From: Octopus sinensis
Lineage: Eukaryota
DNA: 37,203 nt
NCBI RefSeq assembly: GCF_006345805.1
Contig: NW_021835950.1
Coordinates: 1-37,203 of the forward strand
Direction of reading: 5' to 3'
A program made the translations under genes and the position numbers. The notes beneath the pieces are model-generated. The model did no database searches. It saw nothing but the letters and a program-made list of their open reading frames with translations, and was not told where the DNA came from. This document shows, one piece after another, positions 10,852 to 22,670 of this stretch; within the stretch, counting starts at the first letter, position 1; every line of letters begins with the position of its first letter.

Positions 10852-13313
10852 GACTTGCATAAGTAAACGATTGTAAACAAAATGGGACGACAGCTGACAA
10901 AATAAAAAGAATATTTATGAAGTGTGATGGAAGAAAAAGAAAATACCAAACGACAAATAAGGCTGTAATCGTGCAATGGAAATAAGTAAAATGTAAAAAG
11001 GGAAAGTCAAAATGAAAAGTACCCGAAAACAATTTAAGTACATAATCGAATAATGGTTGTGTAGAACTAAATTGATCAGGAAAATCAGAAAGATTAATCA
11101 CTGTGAGGTAATCAATAGCATAATTAGTATTTAGGTGTGTGCATTCAGGAATTCAGTGACCGAGACCACTTTGAACTGGCGTTATGCGTGTCTTGAATTA
11201 AAATACAAAATCTTCTCAGTTATACACAGTTTGCAACATAATTTGGGGTGGAATGGTGCTCTCCTTACATAAAGGTACATGTTTAGGGATAAACCTTTGT
11301 TATACTTTAAACGCAACTGAAAAAAATGCTTTCAAGAACGATTTATATTCGGGAAAATGTTGCCAAAATACTTTTCTAGAAAAAGAATTATGTTACGAAA
11401 AGCGCGTCTTGAATTGATTTATAGCGGTATGAGATTTGAACGCACTTCTAGTATCTAGATGCACTTTAATAACATAAGCTAGTACTTACGAAGATATACA
11501 TTTTTGCAACAATACTCACAAGATAGGAATAGACTGCATTTGCTTTCTGAAAAGAAATGGTTACTATATTTTCCAAGTCTAGCTACTTTTAATCGAGTTT
11601 TGATTAAAATCCTACACCTATGAGTCGTAGGACAATGAAAAGAGATTAAATTTAAGAAATTAATTGCTAATATTTTTTCTTAAATTTAAACTGGATATTG
11701 AATTATTCTGAAATAAATGTTTGCTGTGAGAAACAACTTTTGCGAATGGCCTCAATACAATTATGAGAACATTAATAAAAGCAGTTTCGTCAGTGGATGA
11801 TAAAGACACATCTTTATTAATATTAAGAGTTAAACTTTATAGAATATCAGTCGGGTGATTGGAATTGTAATTAATATAATTTTTTTCATTAATCTTTCAA
11901 TAAACATAAGATTTATTTCTATCTAAATTTAAGATGGTGTCTAAACAGTTAGCAAAAATGAGTATTAATCGTAATTCTTAAATTTCTGTCAATAAACGAT
12001 TTTCTAAGACTGGTTTATTCGTAAACGTTCGTGTTATAGAACCCTATAATAACTAACTTAGCATGTTGAGGGGTTTTACGTAAGATATTTTAAGCCAACT
12101 GTGTACTCCGGTTGTATCTATTCTTTTTCTTGCACAGCAAGAATTTTCAAATCTCCAAAATAATTTTTTTTTTTGCGTGCACTATTATTATTTTAAGATT
12201 TTAACATTTTTGCTTTCGAAAACCTTTATGGGTCTTTGTCTCAAACATCTTGGATTTCCGATCGTTGATTTATATTTCGTATTATTATTGTTCATATTTG
12301 TGTTGTTAATTTTTAACACGGGATTATCTGTATTGAATCATTTGTTTATTAATGTTGCTAAAATAGATTTGGCTGCACTTTCTAGTAGATCAAGCAACCA
12401 CATCGAGGACCCATCGCACGTCATTTAGTGTAATTCAAAGTAATTTTATATAAGTGCAAACCAATTCGATTAAATTACCTCAACATGGTGCCTCCATGCT
12501 GGAGGTTTTTTTTTTCTTTCTTGTCTGAACAGACATATATCTCCATTCATAAATTTCTCTAGCGAAAACGTTGAAATAACATTTTTGTTTACTTTTCAAA
12601 ATGAGTTATCAACTTAATATCCCAGCAGAAAAAAATTTATGTGAATATGGAGACATACTTCGTCTTTTCGGATAAACGAGGCATTATGTGTCATGTAATA
12701 CGTATAAAAATTTTAGACCAGAATGGTCATTTCAGTTGTTTGAAACACTCGAAATACAAAATAAAAATATTCGCGTCATAAGAGAAACCTATCCTATCGA
12801 AACCTATCGAGTTTCTATAATCTTTTAGTCAGGCGGGAAAGTTGTATCTGTGACCTTTCAAAGAGCCTTCATGACTAGTGGCAAACAAACACGAAGATAT
12901 CTCTGAACCAGTAGTTCTCATATGTGCAACAAATTGATTATCCTTCTATAATTAGTAAAATATTTAACAATTAGTTTTATACAATTCTTAATAATATTTA
13001 ATCTGAAAAATATAATAGGATTTTTTAAAACATTGAATGGCTGTATGGATCCACTGGAGTAAAAGAATCTACGGAGTCCAAAGGTGAAAATGGTTAATAA
13101 ACACAGATACCTGTCCCGAATGCTCGCAACAGACTGGAGTCTGCTAATGGCACTCATAACTCTAAGTGGTGACTTTTGACTGGCAACCGAATTAAGTCAA
13201 ACCAGAAATTGAACTCAGAACTGAAAGAGGGTGAACAAATCCGGAAGGCATCGAGTTCGACATTCCTCTGGTCCAACTTTTCTATCGCCCAAGATTGGAA
13301 TTCATTTCCTCAG

Positions 13314-13420
13314 TTTCGAAAGGATGAAAGGAAAAGTTGACCTCAGCAACAACTAATCTCAGAATGCAGAGAATCAGAACAAATACTGAGCAGAATTCTA
13401 TCCGACATTCTAACCACCCA
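13314..13420 (-). mobile_element. Diverged family A SINE fragment
   Basis: gaaaggatgaaaggaaaagttgacctcagc...ctcagaatg. A second small fragment lies at ~13190-13230 (gaaattgaactcagaac). Confidence 0.65.
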
Positions 13421-13552
13421 GCCAATTCATGCCTTAAACAACCGATATTACGAATCCTTCCGAAATGCAAATATTTTCTAAACACATTTGCTTTCCCAAA
13501 ACAATAAGTCGACAGTTTGACTTGTTTTACATTAATATTCAATAAGATTTAG

Positions 13553-14425
13553 CAAATTAAGTACCAGTTACGCACTGGGGTCGATATAATCGACTTAATC
13601 CGTCTGTCTGTCCTTGTTTGTCTCCTCTGTGTTTAGCCCCTTGTGGGTAGTAAAGAAATAGGTAATTCGTCTGCCGTTAAGTTCTGAGTTCAAATTCTGC
13701 CGAGATCGACTTTGCCTTTCATCCTTTCGGGGTCGATAAATTAAGTACCAGTTACGCACTGGAGTCGGTGTAATCGACTTAATCTCCTTATCTGTCCTTG
13801 TTTGTCCCCTCTATGTTTAGCCCCCTGTAGGAAATAAATAAATAAATATTTATTTGAAAAAATGCGGCGAGTTGGCTGAATCGCTAGTGGCATTTTGTCC
13901 GTTCCTATGTTCTGAGCTCAAATATCGCCGAGGTCGATTTTGCCTTTCACCCTTCGGGGTTGATAAAATAAGTACCAGTTGAGCACTTATGTCGTACCCC
14001 AGCCACTGAAATTGCTGGACTTGTGCCAAAATTTAAAATCAATATTTATTTTAAAAAAGCTGGCGAGCTAGCAGAGTCGTCAGTATACCGCACAAAATGC
14101 TAAGTGGTATTTCGTCTGGCATTATGTTCCGAGTTCAAATTCTGCCGAGGTCGACTTTGCCGTGTATCCTTTTGGGGTCGATAAAATAAGTACCAGTTGA
14201 GTACTAGAGCCGATATAACTGATTATTACCCATCCCCGAAACTGCTACCTAGAGGCATTTTGTCCGTCTTTACTTTTCTGAGTTCAAATTCCACCGATGT
14301 CGACTTTGTCGTTTCGGGTTGATAAAATAAATAACAGTTGAACAGTGGGGTCGATGTAGTCAAGTAGCCCTTGCCCCCGAATGTGTTGGCCTTGTACCAA
14401 AATTTGAAACCAATATAAATTTCGA
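13553..14425 (+). mobile_element. Head-to-tail cluster of about five family A SINE units
   Basis: Repeated gagttcaaatt...gaggtcgactttgcc...gggtcgataaa..aagtaccagtt; units at ~13553, ~13664, ~13863, ~14059 and ~14252. Confidence 0.92.
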
Positions 14426-14660
14426 AAACAAAAAGTAATAATCTTCTTCTGATTCATTTCTTTTAATTAATTTTAGAGTGGATGTTCTTGCAGAATTAGA
14501 ATTAGAAAATAAATGGTAAAATATATGAAGAGAAATTAATACACTTTCCCTGTAGAATCTTATTCACTTGGCGTTCATTCTTACCGTTCTTTTGTATATG
14601 TTTTGAGAACGTCTATTGTATTATTCTTATTGTTGTTGCTGGGCAGGAGCGTGCCGTGGA

Positions 14661-14800
14661 TAAACTTTGCTATCAATGAGCTGTGGTCACGTGGCTGGTG
14701 CTATTATTGTCATGTGACCGTATCGTGGAGCGTTGGCAGAGATTTATTAAAACTGTTAATAAGCTTCTTATGCTCTTATACGCATACGGACATATGCAGT
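14661..14800 (+). ncRNA. Candidate pre-miRNA hairpin; arm 14712-14733 AUGUGACCGUAUCGUGGAGCGU resembles the miR-2001 family
   Basis: Hand folding gives a 14-bp uninterrupted stem (14682-14695 with 14709-14722, including G-U pairs), extended by tcaatga/tcgtgga and ctttgcta/tggcagag. Seed UGUGACC matches miR-2001 as recalled from memory. No expression evidence. Confidence 0.45.
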
Positions 14801-15051
14801 CTCTTTCACACACACACACACACCACACACACACACACAAACACACGTGTACAAGTGCTTTTCTCTCTCAAACCCCTTCTCTCTCTCTCTCTATTTGATA
14901 ATTTTTTTTTACCATTTCTCTTACTTTTTGCAACATTTTATCTTTTATTCCTTCCTTACCTCTTCCTTTTCTTTCCTTTTCGTCTATACGCATGCACATA
15001 AATATACATATATATATAAATGTATGCATACGTATATATATATATATAAAT

Positions 15052-15118
<67 letters not shown>

Positions 15119-15468
15119 TATATATGTGTATGTGTGTGTGTGTGTGTGTGTGGTTTGTGTGTGTGAGCGTGTATATACACACACGCAAATACAAACGTAA
15201 ACACACACATATGCACATATAGGAAGAAAAATGACTGTATTAACACTTCAGTAAATAATATTAAATGGAATGGAACAAATGCTTGTGTGTGTATATGTGT
15301 GTGTGTGTGCATGTGCGTATATGTGTATGTATGTATGTATGTTCGTGTATATGATGATGTTAGACACTGGTCGTAAATTTTTGAGGGATGCTCTTGCGTC
15401 ACTACAATGAAGTCACAGTTACAGATTTATCGCCTGTAGTGAACGAATACCCCCACCTATATATAATA

Positions 15469-15523
<55 letters not shown>

Positions 15524-15527
15524 TATA

Positions 15528-15562
<35 letters not shown>

Positions 15563-15770
15563 CAACCTCAATGACAATAGGGGGCGAAATACACTCTCTC
15601 CATTCACTCTGGCACTCGCCTAAACTCTTGGAGATTAACAGATCAGCATGAGACATTCTGATCTTACCAAAGTCTTGAGGAAGAGATGCTAAAGTACATT
15701 GACGCAATAAGAATGAGATTATTATTATCGTTCTTCTTCTTCTTCTCTTCTCTTCTTCTTTCTGCTTCTT

Positions 15771-15837
<67 letters not shown>

Positions 15838-15838
<1 letters not shown>

Positions 15839-16158
15839 AATATCATAAAACCTCTGAGCCTTATTCTGCTGGGTATGGTGAAAAGTACCAGCTGCCCACA
15901 GGTAACCCTTGTTTACTGACCATGCTTGAAGAACCTTGTGGAGAGAACTCCTGCAGACCCAAACAATGGAGATGTTTTATAGGTGTTCTAACATTACATC
16001 TGTTCCAATCTTTCTGGGCCACGTTGATAGCTGAGTGCTGATACTTCCAGCCGCACCAATTACTATCGTATCAGGTCCACTTTCTTCATTGCCCACAACC
16101 TGCGCATTTCCTACTTCAATTCATCGCAGTTGTTCAATTTTGTCTTCTTTTTCTTCAG
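15838..16158 (-). mobile_element. 3' end of an R4/Dong-clade non-LTR retrotransposon (C-terminus of the restriction-like endonuclease domain plus 3'UTR), 5'-truncated
   Basis: Minus strand reads KKKTKLNNCDELK*EMRRLWAMKKVDLI / IVIGAAGSISTQLSTWPRKIGTDVMLEHL* with frameshifts, matching the K..KY..L..E..RLW...V..IPIVIGALG pattern. It ends against (TAA)n. Confidence 0.82.
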
Positions 16159-16182
16159 TGACTACTACCAATAATAATAATG

Positions 16183-16196
16183 ATAGTAGTAGTAGT

Positions 16197-16282
<86 letters not shown>

Positions 16283-16283
16283 C

Positions 16284-16324
<41 letters not shown>

Positions 16325-16349
16325 CAGCAGCAGTAGCAATAGTGGCAGC

Positions 16350-16383
<34 letters not shown>

Positions 16384-16434
16384 CCCTAGGTGTCGGGTAG
16401 GCATTCGAAAAAGAAATGGAAATAAAATTGAAAC

Positions 16435-16491
<57 letters not shown>
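16183..16491. repeat. (TAG)n/(CAG)n and (TAA)n microsatellites
   Basis: Directly visible. Confidence 0.95.
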
Positions 16492-16493
<2 letters not shown>

Positions 16494-16940
16494 ACATGGA
16501 AATATACAAATGCATAGATAAAACGCATAAATGTTGAATGAGCCCTGCCAGTAATTCGGTTTGCTGTGTGTTGAAGCTTAAGACGTGTATATTCTTAAAA
16601 ACAGATGTCCACTTAACCATGCATTTTGTTTAACATAACGGATATATCTAATTAATTTGTATTAAGCAGTTTGTTAATCCGGATCGCTTCGATATTGCGT
16701 TGAGAGTGTTAGTAAAACGACATACGTACATACATACAAACACACACATACACACGTATGTGTGTCTGTGTGTGTCTGTATAATTTTCCAGACAGGTTCC
16801 ACTTTATAAGCTCCGCCCCAGGTAGAATTAGCAATTTTTTTGGCGAAGGGATAAGTGGTTTGGTATGAATCCGATAGGTTCGCAGATAGATAGAGAGTGG
16901 AGAGAGAAAGATATGCATGTGTGCGTGGTGTGTGTGTGTG

Positions 16941-17185
16941 TGTGTGGTAAGTGGCTTGTTTACCAACCACATGGATCCAGGTTCGGTCCCACTGCGTTGC
17001 ATCTTGGGCAAGTGTCTTCCACTATAGCCTCGGGTCGACCGAAGCCTCTGTAACTTAGCGGTTCGTCAAAAGAGAGAGATAGAATAAGTACTAGGCTTAC
17101 AAAAAATAAATCCTGGGGTCAATTAGCTCGAATAAAAGCGGTGCTCTAGCATGGCCACAATCACATGACTAAAACAAGTAAAAGA

Positions 17186-17188
<3 letters not shown>
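16941..17188 (+). mobile_element. Family B SINE, head joined directly to the 3' half (internal deletion)
   Basis: ggttcggtcccactgcgttgcatcttgggcaagtgtctt (CORE-like) is joined at gaagcctc/tgtaacttagcgg to the tail, which ends aaacaagtaaaagagt. Confidence 0.88.
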
Positions 17189-17223
<35 letters not shown>

Positions 17224-17365
17224 ATATGCATATAGCTAGCTAGATTCATTGGTAGGCAGACAGAGACAGTTGGCCTGGTATGTAGGTAGGTAGATCTATC
17301 GATCGATCGATCGATCGATAGATAGATATAGATAGATAGACAGACAGATAGATAGATATATATAT

Positions 17366-17439
<74 letters not shown>

Positions 17440-17442
<3 letters not shown>

Positions 17443-17628
17443 CCTATTTCTTTACTACTCACAAGGGGCTAAACACAGAGAGGACAAACAAGGACAGACA
17501 AACAAATTAAGTCGATTATATCGACTCCAGTGCGTAACTGGCACTTATTTAATCGATCCCGAAAGGATGAAAGGCAAAGTCGACCTAGGCGGAATTTGAA
17601 CTCAGAACGTAGCGGCAGACGGATACCG
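17440..17628 (-). mobile_element. Family A SINE, 5'-truncated, well preserved
   Basis: Reverse complement of ~36703-36890 (atacctatttctttactac, cgaaaggatgaaaggcaaagtcgacc, tttgaactcagaacgt). Confidence 0.93.
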
Positions 17629-18469
17629 TCTAAACGAGAATATCAAATATGGTCGTTTGTATTCTAAATGTACCGCGACAAGTTCTTATAGAGTAAGTAA
17701 ACAAATGTGCATTTATGCAGCGATAAAACTTAGTGTCCAAGAACAGCAGAGTCCAAGGTCAATTTATGCCAAGCGGCTTTATTCTGCGTTCTTTAGCTTC
17801 GTTACTATAGCAACAGCCCAGGCAAGTTAGCCTATACGGTAGCCCCACAGTACGAGTGTGTGCCTAAAATACAGCCTCAGTCGCCACAAGTACTAGTGAT
17901 CGAGTTGTTGCTAGGAAAGCATCTCGCTGTCTGGAGAAATTTGGCCGTCGTGCCCCTATCATGGTATAGACAGCCCTAGTCTAAAGGTGCTACTTTCGCT
18001 ACCTTTCACATTCAGGACTACACTATTTCTGTCGGAGTCCAAAAATATAGCCAGCACCTTGTTATCTAAGCAACCATTCTGCGGCCCGAAAGATTGCAAT
18101 AAAGGCTATTTTTGTTGGTTGTGTGTTGTACTCTCCTCAATCCTCCATCAATTTGTGCGGTTTTTTTTCCTCTCTCTTTGCTGAGTGACTCTCTCGCAAA
18201 CATTATTCTGCTATCAATTGTTATTCTGAAAAATTGTAATAAAACAAATCAACATAGCATAAATTCAAAATTCAAACACGAACATACTACCGCTTGAGGT
18301 TAATCATATAACGAAACCAGACTCATCCAGATCCAACTGGTCGTTCCAGTATTTGTCTATTCAAAATGTTTTCCCAACAACAAAAGTCTTTCCTGACAAA
18401 ATAGTCGCTATTCTGCAAACATTCTCAGAGCCAAAGTTGAGCATGTCTTGCTTGAATATCGACAATAAT

Positions 18470-18640
18470 AATGGTTTAGCATTTTGACACAAGTTCAGTA
18501 ATTCTTTAGGCGTGGAGGACAAGTGGATCACGTCACCGTCAGTGCTCCATTGGTACTTTACTTTGCCGACCCCGAAAGAATGAAAGAAAAAGCTAACCTA
18601 GTTGACATTTGAGCTCACAACTTAAAGAGCTGCACGGAAA
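18470..18640 (-). mobile_element. Diverged family A SINE
   Basis: tggtacttt...gaccccgaaagaatgaaag...atttgagctcacaac. Confidence 0.75.
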
Positions 18641-19132
18641 TCCTGCAAAAGCAGCTTTCGTGACATGCTATCCGTCCTGATAATAATAAAAAAAACAACT
18701 AAAATTTTAATTAGCTTATTAAATTACGATTCATATTTAGCTAATTACTTTCAAAACCTTTTTTAATGAAAAGAACAAATGCTGAGTTAAACACTGAATA
18801 AATAATCAAGCAAGAGATAGGTTTGAAATGTTTATGTTCAGGTCTTTTGAAATTCTAATCTTTCATCGTTTTTTTTGGGTTTTTTTTTTTCCCGAAATTA
18901 CCTTGCAGGTTTTGTGTGGGCGATGATAACCTTACCTTTGCCAAACAGCAGCAGACTACTTAGACGAAAGGGAGATAATTAAATAAAGGTAAAAATATAA
19001 TTTTACTACAGCCATGACAACTATAAAACTTTATTACTTAACGGTCAGTCATTCACACACACACACACATACATACACACATGTATATAAATATAATATA
19101 TATATATACATATATATATACATATATATATA

Positions 19133-19164
<32 letters not shown>

Positions 19165-19166
19165 GA

Positions 19167-19201
<35 letters not shown>

Positions 19202-19233
19202 GTGTATATATATGTGTGTATATATATATATGG

Positions 19234-19295
<62 letters not shown>

Positions 19296-19775
19296 AGTGT
19301 ATGTATACTGCATACATGCATATACGCATATGATATATGTATATACATTGCATGTATGCCTGTGCGTGTGTAAACATGTATGCGGCTTCATATTCATAAC
19401 GCTATCGATATGAGTATATACTTACAGACATACATACGTACATACGTACGTACATATATACATACGTACGTACATACATGCATACATACATACATATATA
19501 CATACATATATGCATGCATGACAAATAATCATGTCCCTACACACACGCGTTCTCATGCACAAGCACACGCGCACGTGCGCATACAGACACACGGATGGGA
19601 TACAAAGATGGGTGTACATATGTATTTTTAGGTATATATTGTGCATGTATAGGTGAGTGTGAAGGAGTGTGTATATGTGTATTCGTGTATGATATATATA
19701 TATCGACATAAATATACACAAAACAGATATACCGAAAGGAATATAGTCAGACAGGCAGACAGATAGATGATAGTT

Positions 19776-19811
19776 GAGAGAGAGAGAGAGAAGAAGAAAG
19801 AAGGAGGAGAA

Positions 19812-19843
<32 letters not shown>

Positions 19844-19930
19844 GAAGAAAGAAAGACAGAAAGAAAGAAAGAAGAAGAAAGATTGATAGAAATAAATAAA
19901 GAAAGAAAGATAATAGAAAGAAAGATAGAT

Positions 19931-19964
<34 letters not shown>

Positions 19965-20038
19965 GAAGGAGGAAAAAATAGATAGAAAGAAATTAAGAAA
20001 GAAAGAAAGGAAGAAAGAAAAAGAAGGAAAAAGAAGGA

Positions 20039-20076
<38 letters not shown>

Positions 20077-20121
20077 ATAAATAAAGGAAGAAAGGAGAAG
20101 AAAGAAAGAAAGAAAGAAGAT

Positions 20122-20155
<34 letters not shown>

Positions 20156-20392
20156 GAAGGAAGGAAAAAAGATAGATAGAAAGAAATTAAGAAAGAAAGA
20201 AGGAAAGAAAGAAAGAAAGGAAGGAAGAAAGAAGGGAGGAAGGAAAGAAAAGAAAGAAAGAAAGAAAGAAAGAAAGGAAGAAAGGAAGGAAGAAAGAAAA
20301 AGAAAGAAAGAAAGAAGGAAAGAAAGAAAGAAAGAAAGAAAGAAAGGAAGAAAGGAAGGAAACGAAGGAAAGAAAGAAAGAAAAAGATAGAT

Positions 20393-20423
<31 letters not shown>

Positions 20424-20433
20424 AGGAAAAAAA

Positions 20434-20465
<32 letters not shown>

Positions 20466-20469
20466 AGAA
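19776..20469. repeat. ~700-bp homopurine (GAAA)n/(GGAA)n tract
   Basis: Almost exclusively A/G on the + strand. Confidence 0.97.
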
Positions 20470-20755
20470 ATGTGTGAGAGACTGTATTTGTATATGTATT
20501 TGTGCAAGATTTTCCTTCTTAGTAAAGTGTAAATAGTTTTCTCTTGTACGGATCGGATTTCATTTTCATTTCTATGCGATAAACAATTAATTGGTTGTTA
20601 CTTTTGAAAGTCGCCATTTTTATTTCTAGCCTAACCGCAGGTGTTTCGCTACTCCAGTTAGCTGAACTTCTCTCCACAAAGTGTGTTACTGTGTATATAT
20701 ATATGTACGTTTGCTTGCGCGGACGGGAACGTGTGTATGTGTATATTCATGTGTA

Positions 20756-20824
<69 letters not shown>

Positions 20825-20961
20825 CTATATACCTATCTATCTATAATATCTATCTATCTATCTATCTATCTATCTCCTATCTATCTATCTATCTGTCTGT
20901 CTATCTATCTGTCTATCTGTCTATCTATCTGTGTGCACCCTGTGTGGCTAATAAAGAAACA

Positions 20962-21054
<93 letters not shown>

Positions 21055-21583
21055 ATCACGTGTGTGTGCATATGTATTTTTATATATGTATACATATATA
21101 TTGTCTATCTATCTATCTATCTATCTGTCTGTCTGTCTCTCTATCTATCTATCTACTTATCTATCCGTATGTGTGTGTGTCTACGTGGGTGTGAGTAAAA
21201 GAGAGTGAAAGAGAGAAAGAGAGAGAGAGAGAGAAAGAGGGAGAGAGAGAGAAAGAGAGATCAAGGAATCGGCAAATCTACCGCAATCAACTTATAGATC
21301 ATTCCTCTAATTATAAAACTGTCTCACTTAATACATTAAAAACAACAAGCAAGAGAATCAATAATATTAGTTACAAAACTTTTTAAAACTCAGTCTTTAA
21401 AATAGAAAAGCAAAATATTTGAAATGCGTTCTAATTTTTTTTTTCTTTATGCGCGGTCGCCAAAATATTCAATTTAAAAAAAAACGTACTGGAAACCTTC
21501 ATGGAATATTTATAACGAAATGGTTGAATCACACCAAGCATAGCAGATTTAATACAATTATTCAGTTTAAATATGTAGACGAG

Positions 21584-21822
21584 CCCTTCTGTTATAATAT
21601 TTCTGTTGAAATACACCGCCTTTATTTCAATTAATTTTGAAAATATGTAGAATGTAGTTAAATAATTTTGTCATTAAGAAGCCAGTGTTCCACATTTAAA
21701 TTAACAAGAAATTTTGATGGAAGGTGTGAATTTACATCACTTTAGAAGAGAAAGTTTGTAATATAGAACCAAGGGCAGCCGCATGCGTCTTAGTATCAAA
21801 ACCTAGCGTATTAGATTATAGA
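21584..21822. mobile_element. Probable decayed non-autonomous DNA element (recurrent octopus repeat)
   Basis: Recalled similarity only (gaaatacaccgccttt, gaaattttgatggaagg, tagaacca). A short related segment lies at ~22385-22405. No intact TIR pair seen. Confidence 0.35.
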
Positions 21823-21841
21823 CAATAATAACAAACATAAT

Positions 21842-22087
21842 TATTGGATTGGTGCATAATTATTGTGGCTTTTTTCATCGAATTTTATTCAATAAAATCA
21901 ATAATAATATTTAACTAAACATCCTTAAATGGCAGTCTAACCGTCTGCCAGGCAAATGGGAAACAGTAATTGAAGTAGATGGTGAATATGCTCCGGAATA
22001 ATCATGTTTTTGTTAAATTCTGTTATTGTCTTGTTGAATAAAATTTGTTGAAAATAAATTCCACAATAATTATGCACCAGCCCAAGA
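21842..22087 (+). mobile_element. Mariner-derived MITE (~245 bp) with ~60-bp TIRs
   Basis: Left TA|ttggattggtgcataattattgtgg...aattttattcaa; right ttgaataaaatt...ccacaataattatgcaccagcccaa|GA. The interior encodes NRLPGKWETVIEVDGEYAPE*, a mariner C-terminus. Confidence 0.88.
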
Positions 22088-22670
22088 GTAACACTGAAAT
22101 TACTATAGATTAAACACATCAAAGGCAATAGCTTCTTTCTTTCTTTTTTGTTTTTGATATAATCGAAGAAGAGAGTATATGACCGTAACGTTTTTCACGG
22201 CCTCTAAGATTAGAAAAGTATGTAATGGAGGGAGAGGGGATGTATTCACAACTTCAAGCTGACAGTTCTCGCAGAGAGCACTTTGGTAAAGTCCCCCGCA
22301 AACCAGATAATGGTAACAAAGCGACAGGCAGAATTGTACCTATGTGTTTTCATTTTAATTTTTCAAACCAAAAAGGATTTGATTGTATTTAGTAAAATAA
22401 CTTTAACACTTATTTTGAAGTGAAGCTGGAACATCACTTGATAAAAGGTCATTCCATGGACCTATGGAGTGAAGTTTTGTATACATACGTTCATACATAC
22501 ATACATTTATACATACATGTATGCATGCATGCATACCTACATACATGCATGCATACATACATACATGCATGCATGCATACATACTTACATACACATACAT
22601 ACATACATACATACATACATACATACATACATACATACATACATACATACATAGGAGGTATGGGGATGAA

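Noticed and set aside
13553-14425. Regularly recurring motif that could be mistaken for a CRISPR array
   Set aside because: Units are SINE copies with homologous intervening sequence; eukaryotic context; no cas genes.
16783-16830. Possible 30-nt micro-exon (ttttccag...ccag/gtaga), or a minus-strand GC box plus TATA-like motif
   Set aside because: Weak donor site, no partner exons and short motifs expected by chance; not supportable without transcript data.
17298-17318. (GATC)n palindromic repeat
   Set aside because: Simply explained as a point variant amplified within a (GATA)n tract.
18946-18963. Minus-strand CTAAGTAGT resembling the miR-252 5' end, a usual cluster partner of miR-2001
   Set aside because: Similarity fades after the seed region, no good hairpin forms by hand, and it lies on the opposite strand to the 14712 candidate.
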